The translations under genes and the position numbers were made by a program. A stretch of DNA of 59,461 nucleotides from Dicyema japonicum (Eukaryota > Animalia > Dicyemida), in the NCBI GenBank assembly GCA_011109175.1, contig RDEW01000012.1, positions 598,874 to 658,334 of the forward strand, given 5' to 3'. The notes under the pieces were generated by a model. The model made no database searches, had not been told where the DNA came from, and saw only the letters and a program-made list of their open reading frames with translations. Positions within the stretch are counted from its first letter, which is position 1. Each line of letters starts with the position of its first letter. This document shows, piece by piece, positions 51,567 through 59,461 of this stretch.

Positions 51567-52807
51567 TTAAGTGTAAAAAAACATAAATTTTAAAGTATCG
51601 GGGAGTGTAGTAATGGAAAATTTGAATAGGATATATGATGAAAATTCATCGATAAAGTTTGAAAATTCGGACATAAAGGAAATAGCTGCAGAATATTTTT
51701 TCCTGTAGATTTTTGAGTCATAAATATATGAAAAATAATTTTTTAAGCATATCAAGTAATCATTTTCTCTATCTGCCAATCCATTAATAAAACCCTAAAA
51801 ATAATCAGTAAAATTACCAAATAATCAATTGTTATAAAAACGACAATATTCCAGAAAAATAATATAAATGTAGTGTTATAGCCATCAATTAATTCATGAA
51901 ATGTGTCCATTAGACTGCAGAATTTATTATATAAAGAAATATTATCAATTTCATTCTTAAGTTTCGAAAATAAAATACTTTAAAAGAATCGAGAGTGAAA
52001 TATCCTTTGTTAAAATCCCAACCTTTAATCTCAAGATCGTAGAATTTGAAAATTCTTAGAAAAAGTCGAGAGAACATCAATTTAATAACTCCATTAAGAG
52101 GAATTTCAGTTATACGAGTAATAAACGGAAATATACCAGCCACCAACTAAAAGTAAAAAACCAAGTGACTTTGAAAATTATCTTTATATTTAATTCTATA
52201 TTGACCAAACATATTTTTTCAGGTGCATGCTGATGAAGCTGGTTTTTGTTTTTCATATCGAAGTTAAATTTGCAGTACAAGTCAGTCAATTTTTTAATTC
52301 TTTTTAACTAAAAATAATAGATAATTTGATATACATCAATTTCATTCAGCAATCTACCACTTGGACAAATTTTGCTAATGTTATCGGAATCATTCTATTG
52401 TTAGAAAATGATGATAACCACAATATTTAAATTTTCATGGATTCGAATAAGGGCTCGTTGGTTTCGTCGAGTCTGAACTTTTTCATTTCTCAAACGTCTA
52501 TCTTCATCATCTAAAAATTGATGACTAATTTTAAGCCACTCAAAATCATATCAGGTTGCATCCCAACTGAAAAACACTTTTCAAGACGACAATATTGACA
52601 AAATCTTCGGGTTTGAACATTAATTTGACAAGCTCTGTTGAATTGACAGTTAGTTATCTATAAAGAATCATTCGAATAGAAATATACCCTTTTCTTAGCA
52701 TTTCTACGAAAAAATGCTTTACATGATTCGCACGATACAACTCCAAAATTGCATCCAATTGCATCATCTCCACATATTCGACAGTCTTTTTGTCTCAAAG
52801 TTGGCAT
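51567..52807 (-). CDS. HR96: Nuclear receptor, NR1J/HR96 (DAF-12/NHR-8) type
   Basis: [51 protein letters not shown] with the ESCKA P-box; [18 protein letters not shown]. Confidence 0.88.
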
Positions 52808-53695
52808 TAATGCTTAATCACTTTGAATATTGAATTCGATACCTTACGTACAAACACACTTAAAAAGACAGAAAGACAATTCAGATTTGGTATTATCGTA
52901 GTTTGTGGTTATGAACTGTGTTCTAACGATAGTACACCACTTTGCGGTTTGTTATTGATTTTTAAGACACAAAAATTTTAAGGTCATATTACTTTAATCA
53001 TTTTTATATTCCAGCATAGAAATATAATGTAAATACTTTTAAATTAAAAATTTGATTTTATATGGGAATATTTTTTTTATTTTTCTTAAGCCCAAGTAAG
53101 TGAATTAAGATCTAATGATAATACAATTGAAAAATTAGGAATTGATCAATCAAGCAAAATCACATTTCGCCGTTTTGAAGCAATGCACGCTCTTTATCTC
53201 AGGGTTTTTTATATTGACTGACTGGTTGAGATTCAAACCTGAAATCTGCTATATTAAATATTTATGCACATTAGCAAAATTAGCCATCTATTCCGAATTG
53301 AAATTTTATGGGAAGTTTTATGACTGATTATGCTTGTCAATAGCCATTCATTTTTTATAACTGATTACATTGTCAATGGCTAAGTTTAAGTTTTTTCTTA
53401 AATTATCTCAATTTCCAACACTATAAGTTTAATCCATAATGACCGCGAAACGCAATGGCTCATCCATTTGGTCTCCATTGCGGTTCAGTGGAAAAACGCC
53501 GCATTAATTAAAGTCGACAGGAATAAAATAATTGTTTTCTAACAGTTATATTTTCTTAATTCTCTTTTTTGCATTTTGCATCAACTAATTAATAGAAATC
53601 ATTTAACCTTGCTTCAAAACAATGACGCATTCAATTTTATTCAAGGTCATTTGTTCTTTGAGTCATAAGGAAATTGTTACTATACCTAACTGTTA

Positions 53696-54357
53696 TCCGG
53701 GTGGCATGGCATAGTGGTTAGGTGTCGGGCTAAAGTGACTTAGGTTACGGATTCGATTCTCACTGCTGTTCACCTGGTGGAAGGTTCCACGCATCGACGA
53801 TGCTAAAATGGTTTGACGAGTGACGCCGTCATCAGTGGATACTCATGCGGAACTGGATTGTCTAGAAAGGACCCACACACAAGAAAAAGAAAAAAAGAAG
53901 TGAAGATCATTCCTTGGTCATACGATTAGTTAAAATTAACTGTTCTTTATTTAAGTGGATACTCATGCGGAACTGGATTGTCTAGAAAGGACCCACATTC
54001 CTTCCCGATGATGTCAAATTTGTTCCCCTTGCTATGGAGACTTCCGGATCCTACTCCCCTCTACACTCGAGTTTTTCGGACGTCTTGGAAACCGGATCAC
54101 CTCATGCACTGGAGATCTCCGCGAACGCCGCTGGCTATTTGAGCGAATTTCGCTCGCAATTTTGAGAGGGAACAGCCACGCGGTGAGAGCGGCAACTACC
54201 TGACTTCTATTGTTTAAATTAACCTTAAAAATATAACTCTATTTTTAAAATTTATTTTATCATTAAAAAAAAAAAAAAAAAAAAAAAATTTAAATAATGT
54301 GTGTGTCCTGCCTATGAGGAGCTATAAATATTAAGGCTCTCGTGAAAAAGCTGTTAA
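53696..54357 (+). mobile_element. tRNA-derived SINE family A, copy 2, with an RTE-derived tail, interrupted by a CRE fragment
   Basis: A and B boxes; body homologous to copy 1; TSD atacYtaactgtta at 53682-53695 and 54358-54371. Confidence 0.88.
54000..54289 (+). mobile_element. Young 5'-truncated CRE-type insertion with poly(A)
   Basis: About 210 bp nearly identical to the reverse complement of 4655-4873 (three differences seen); A24 tail. Confidence 0.93.
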
Positions 54358-54399
54358 ATACTTAACTGTTAGTAGATGGTTAATATTTGAAGGTTCTCA

Positions 54400-55200
54400 G
54401 AATGGATTGATAAATCAAGAAAAATCACATTTCGCCGATTTGAGAGTTACTTATCATGATCGTGAGGCCAATGTTTGGAATGCGTTATTCTGGATTCAAT
54501 TTTCCTACCACAAAAGACATCTATTGTAAGATACCACATACTCAGAAATTAGCAGACTTTTTCAATATTCCACAATCCCTACTTACATAACTTGTTGCTA
54601 ATCTTCGAAACTCGAATGTACGAGGTCCAGATGGTCTTGCTATACATCACCTGAAGAAATCTCGATCTGAACGGATTTTTTATTACTTAATTAATAACGG
54701 ATTGGAATCTTATCCACTAATTAAAATCTTACAAAAAAGGATTTTGAAATACATGAGCTGTATTGAAGTTATGTTCAAAATGAGAGGTCTGAACCTATCT
54801 ATCGAAAAGATTATTTGTATTTTCAATCTCAGAAAATTCTTTTCGTATTGTACATTACGGACGGCAAAGAATGTGAAATTACTGTTATGTGGTTATTTTA
54901 TTTGGTCGTAAAAACGATTACGATGAAAATATTGAAGCCAGAAGTGATTTTTTATGAAAGAATTACCTTTTACTGGAAAAGACGGGGAGATCGACTATGA
55001 CGCCAGCTCCAAAATTAATGAGACCAATAGAAATCACTTAGACTAATGAAGGTGAATGTGGAAGAGAGAACAGCTGTCTTCCGTATAAGTAGCTGCATTC
55101 TGCCATTGTACATCCAGTTTACTGAAGATTGATTTGCTAAAGAGAGACCCCAGCGAGGACCCCAAGCCCTTCGAGGCAAGACCTTTGTTATTTCAACTGT
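54400..55200 (+). mobile_element. Decayed LINE fragment(s)
   Basis: NVRGPDGLAIHHLK resembles the pre-RT SPGPDG motif. Confidence 0.4.
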
Positions 55201-56095
55201 TCTTTATTTTTAACTCTACTTAATTCCTTGATAATAATTCATTCATTCAAAACTGCCAATAATATACAAGTCTGTTAAAAAGGAATCTAATCAACTTTAT
55301 ATACCAACAAGATTTTACTCAAGCAAATGCATCCAACCCATTTTTGCAAAAAATATGGAAATAAATGATTGCCATTACAATCACTTGATATAAATCCAAT
55401 AGAACATTTAGTAATTTATATTAAATAAATCTAGACAAAAGTCCGTTAAGAAATAAAGGCAAAAATCTAGACTGTTTGGAAAAAATCTCATATTATTAAT
55501 ATTTTGGTTGAGTTAGTGACGCAACTCAATTGTACGAAGTGTTGATCACATATGAGGGTATCAGAGGATTTAACGGTTCTGTCATTTAATGGCACATGCT
55601 TGAACAAAATTTCCAAATAAATAATCTTATGCGAGGACGTGAATACTTACAGTGTCAAGTGCGGACTAGATGAGTCACATAATGAATACAGAATCATGCT
55701 CCTACCATCAAAATCTCACAACTATGGGTGAGATTTATTGGAATTCAATATTCAAATGTTATCGTGTGAGTGACGGGATGATAGTCTCATGTGTGGTGCA
55801 TGTGGGAACTTAATTAGTATATATGACATTTTGTTTCTATGATACTGTTAATAATAATTATTAGTAATCCAAAACCTAATCAGAACAGTTTAAAACAAAG
55901 GTTTGATATAACATTCGGTATTAATTTGAATTTTTAATCCAATTTGTTTTTGTGTCCGAGGTAAACTTAATATGGGGACATTTAGTGAGAGAAATTGTTC
56001 AATAAAATCAAATAAAAAGATTAAGAGCTATTAAATCACAAGAATTCTTTCTGAATTTAAATAAATTCAAAAAGACGGTCATTCTATCAGTTACT

Positions 56096-56344
56096 TTACA
56101 TCACATCTACATTTACAGAGGAGGAATAAGCCATGTCTAAAACACATTTAACGACCCCTTTATGTTCTATGTTTTTGTCTTGCAGGCAATCCTCCATAAG
56201 TGCATAGACATAGTCCAAAACCGTCAATCTGTTCACCGTATCGGTACTTGCATGAACATTATAATCTTCAGTCCAATATTTATAGTTCATTTGATAAGTT
56301 AATTTTATACTCAAATTCGAGTCATTCATTTTTGAATGATTCAA
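56096..56344 (-). CDS. Unassigned ORF or exon, divergent from Akirin
   Basis: 82-aa ATG-initiated ORF with protein-like composition; no family recognised. Confidence 0.3.
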   Translation of the reverse strand: MNHSKMNDSNLSIKLTYQMNYKYWTEDYNVHASTDTVNRLTVLDYVYALMEDCLQDKNIEHKGVVKCVLDMAYSSSVNVDVM

Positions 56345-56628
56345 TATTATATACTTTAAAAATTAGTAATTTTGGAAAAAATTAGGTCACAAAATCAATA
56401 ATTTATCTATTTGGTCCATAAAATCATTTATTTCCAGAATATTCTATTTTTAATAAAAAATCAGATGTTATAGACATAGAACAATAAAAATAAAATATGT
56501 AAGAAATAGAAGAAAAAAAATTTTTAATAGTTTTTTAAAAGAAATAAATTAATAATATTTCATTAATATAAACTAAAAATAAATTATTATAAATTTCAAA
56601 AATCATTTTGAAAATCATCGTGTCACGT

Positions 56629-57324
56629 ATGGCTTGTGTGGCTGTCAAGAGACGACGATCATGTATTAATATCTATGCATAATCTAATGTTTTAGGTCAA
56701 ACAGAACCAAATAATCTATCATGTAGACTAAGTCAACTAAGTAAACGTCCCTGCCAATATTCTGACGGTTTGGAAGAGAATGAAGGAAAGAATAGTGAAC
56801 TTTTATCAATGTTAAATATTTCAAGTTGGAGTTAGTAACAATCTAAATTTATTTTAGAATCTATTGAGTCATTAATTGACGTTTCACTGAGGCAATCAAT
56901 TCTTCGACGTTCTTCTGACGCTCAAAATCCTACGTTATCAACGTGTTCGTGTATCTGCCATAGGGATATCTCTTCGCCTTACTGCCAATGCTCTTGTTGG
57001 TTAGTATTTTATAACGATTTTCGATACCTTAATGAGTTTTGCTATAATTTAGGTCTCATTATAAGAATCCTTGCTTTACTATTTCAGAAACCAAAAAAGT
57101 ATGCAACGAAATTGTCTCGAAATTGCTTGATCGAGTATGTAATAGATTCGAAAACATACTCAGTGAAAAATTAGCAGGTTTATTTTGTTTATTAATTTTT
57201 CAGAACAAAATCGTTATCTATGCAATGATGGTGGGATCAATGAAAATGCAATTTCAATGGACTTCGTAACTGATTGTAATTGTTTTATTAACAATTTTAG
57301 ACGTTGCCTGATGTTATCGTTTAA
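56629..57324 (+). CDS. AKIRIN: Akirin
   Basis: MACVAVKRRR start; KNPCFTISETKKVCNEIV..RFENILSEKLAEQ matches the Akirin C-terminal helix. Five short introns. The last exon frame is uncertain. Confidence 0.8.
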
Positions 57325-58519
57325 TTAACATGAATCACTATTAGATTTTATATTACTAATCTTTGCGTTGTATTTTTGTGTACGTTTTGGGTTTGAATGT
57401 TTGTCCATAGCCATGACTTTGCTGTTCAATTAATTACTAACCGAAAGAAAGTTTTGTGAATAAGAATTATTGAAAATATGTAAAATTTAACATCAATTAT
57501 ATTGGATGCTAATTTTAATTTAATTGTCGAAAAATTGATAATTCATCTTATCTATATAGTTATGTTGACTTTAAACTTAAGTAATTTTTTTCCTTTGCAG
57601 ATAGGATTGCGTAATTAAAAACTTACATAATGGTTATCAATCGGATTAAATTTAGTTAATAAATTGATCTCCCACCAAAAATGTCTGCATGCAATTCAGA
57701 CATGCAATATAATCAAAAAAATTGATCGTAGATAAAATTTAATTTTAGGATATTTCGCATTCATTAGCATTTATTAGCATAATTTCATCATGTGATTGAG
57801 CTATCTCAGGAAGACATCGAAGGGAGTTTTTTGCTCTCTCACACTTCTCTTGATCACATCCTGGAGGGGTTCCCACAACTGTAGTTCTAGAATATAGATG
57901 AACTTGTGTGCTTGAAAAGCTTGTCTCTGTGACTGAACCAATAAGAAATGGATAAAGTTATTTATTTTTAAGTTAAGTTTAGGTATATCAGATATTAATT
58001 AAATTTTACACTTAAAATTCAAAATTATTTTAAAATAATAAAACAATTTTATTACCCGATTTTAATAATATCAAAAAAATGTTAAAACTTATTTATACTT
58101 TACTAAGAAGTATTTCCATCCCCGATGAAGACCTTATATTCCTCGGATCCCTAATCATTATGTGTGCTATGGGAGAGCTATAAGCGATAAGCAACAATTA
58201 TCGAAGGGACTCTGGACCGTTTTTGTTTGCTTGATGTATCATTATTCCTCCTAAAGAGCAGCCTCAACGTACTGAGTCGTGCATATTTACTGATGACTGC
58301 CTCGCTATTTCAGGCAATCCGAACAACTCGCACATTTAAGAGATCTTCTTTCAAACAGCGGAACGTATCTTTAATTTCCGGTTTGAGGAAAACTTTTGAA
58401 AGCACGTCACACTGCCGGTCAGATTCGGTTACTCGTAATTTGCATCTCTATAGACATTTCTATTAGTTAATGTAAAAAAAGAATTAAGAAAATGCCTTTT
58501 GATAAACTTGTTATGAGGA

Positions 58520-59110
58520 TTCTACACTCCTTCCCCGAATACTCTACAGACCAGAACGTCGGTCATGCACGTGAGGCCTGGAACCGTACCTACCTATTTT
58601 CCCTACTTCATTTATGAATGCGTTCGTATTGGGATCTCATTACGACTCGGATTGAAAGTCTGTGTATCATATTCATGCCTATACTGGAACCAGATTGACT
58701 TTTTAGGCCTGCATCCACTCTCCTGCAGGAAGAGTGTGGACAGATATCGCAGACACATGGCCTTAAATAAAGTCGTTAGAGGAGCTTTGGACGCTATTGG
58801 ACACCCTTGTATGCTTGAACCAATCGGCCTTTGCAAACATGACTGGAAACGACCCGATGAGATGATCCTTCGAAGCAGGAAAACCACTTGTCTGTCAGGT
58901 CACTTGCACCGACACATTAGCGCGGTCTTAGTAGTGGATTTTTGTTTGTTTCGCTCGGTTCTTTTGCGCCTTTGACGCTGGAATTCGTGGATCGTCAATG
59001 GAATTGGATTTCTACACCGCAGAAAATCTCACTGAGCGATGCTGACTATTCGAGCGAATATCACTTGCCATATTGAGAGGGATTAGCTCTAGTGTAAAAC
59101 TAGCCCACCC
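58520..59110 (+). mobile_element. Decayed CRE-type retrotransposon 3' part
   Basis: ECVRIGISLRLGLKVC..LHPLSC..RHMALN..LEPIGLCKHDWKRPD and LFERISLAILRG. Confidence 0.88.
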
Positions 59111-59119
59111 CTTGATCCT

Positions 59120-59461
59120 GACGCGTTCCCGTAGTCTTATCAAAATACAGTGATTCATAGGACATTATCCGGGATGTTATGGTCGAAGCCATAACTCACT
59201 ACCAGGAACGCTATTGCCTCTCGGTGGAATGAAGAGATAAATCCTTTTGAATGGGTCTCATTAGTAAGGTGGATCACAGACGTGATCCCAGCACGTTCTA
59301 GCAGGGACTTCATCTTGGCCTGATGCTCCTCCCTCGACCCCACACAAGCACGTATCGATCGAGTGACTGGACCTTCGCAGTCACGACGGCACGTTCCATT
59401 GTTCATTCGCATCAAGGCTTCAAGAGGCATTTGTGGTTGGAACTCTCCAGAAATCCAGCGT
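59120..59461 (-). mobile_element. Probable LINE C-terminus whose 3' region carries the family-B core
   Basis: Cys-rich ORF end (CRRDC..RAC) runs into tgtgatccacc..catt-caaaaggat..ctcttc. Confidence 0.45.

Noticed and set aside
53697-53765. Functional tRNA gene (also 50750-50814)
   Set aside because: A and B boxes are present, but there is no clean cloverleaf or terminator; both continue into a shared body and are flanked by TSDs, so they are SINE heads.
53140-54445. ~35-bp similarity between 53140-53175 and 54407-54442
   Set aside because: Too short and degenerate to define an element boundary or TSD.
3018-57324. Non-standard nuclear genetic code
   Set aside because: In-frame stops are explained by micro-introns, and TAA, TAG and TGA all terminate modelled genes.
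58105-58155. Penelope-type hammerhead at ccgatgaagacc
   Set aside because: No downstream GAAA or stem II closure, and no GIY-YIG ORF nearby.
268-58887. Numerous 60-130 aa ORFs antisense to or overlapping LINEs and genes
   Set aside because: They are shadow ORFs of coding or transposon sequence with no independent motifs.

Overview
AT-rich animal nuclear DNA, not prokaryotic. About 12 recognisable genes lie among dense, nested transposon debris: C1GALT1-like, mex-3, a p38-like MAPK, TMEM53, CerS1-like, SSR1, a CNGA channel, RB1CC1/FIP200, CFAP74, a GRK2-like kinase, an HR96-type nuclear receptor and Akirin. Nearly all introns I could model are GT-AG and only 18-36 nt long. HR96 points to a protostome and CFAP74 to motile cilia; together with the tiny introns this fits a dicyemid-like mesozoan (inference, not verified). 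Mobile DNA includes RTE, CRE-type and I/Jockey/CR1-type LINEs, two SINE families, two hAT elements and a foldback Mutator/Phantom-like element, several with target-site duplications (TSDs) readable in the sequence. The most notable signals are a GRK that appears catalytically dead, a p38 with an ERK-type TEY loop, an 18-nt intron, a structured repeat core with apparent covariation, SINE tail swapping with an RTE LINE, and templated-insertion-like junctions including a captured mex-3 fragment. Several genes show apparent 1-bp frameshifts, most likely assembly indels. All family calls come from motifs recognised by eye; no searches were run.
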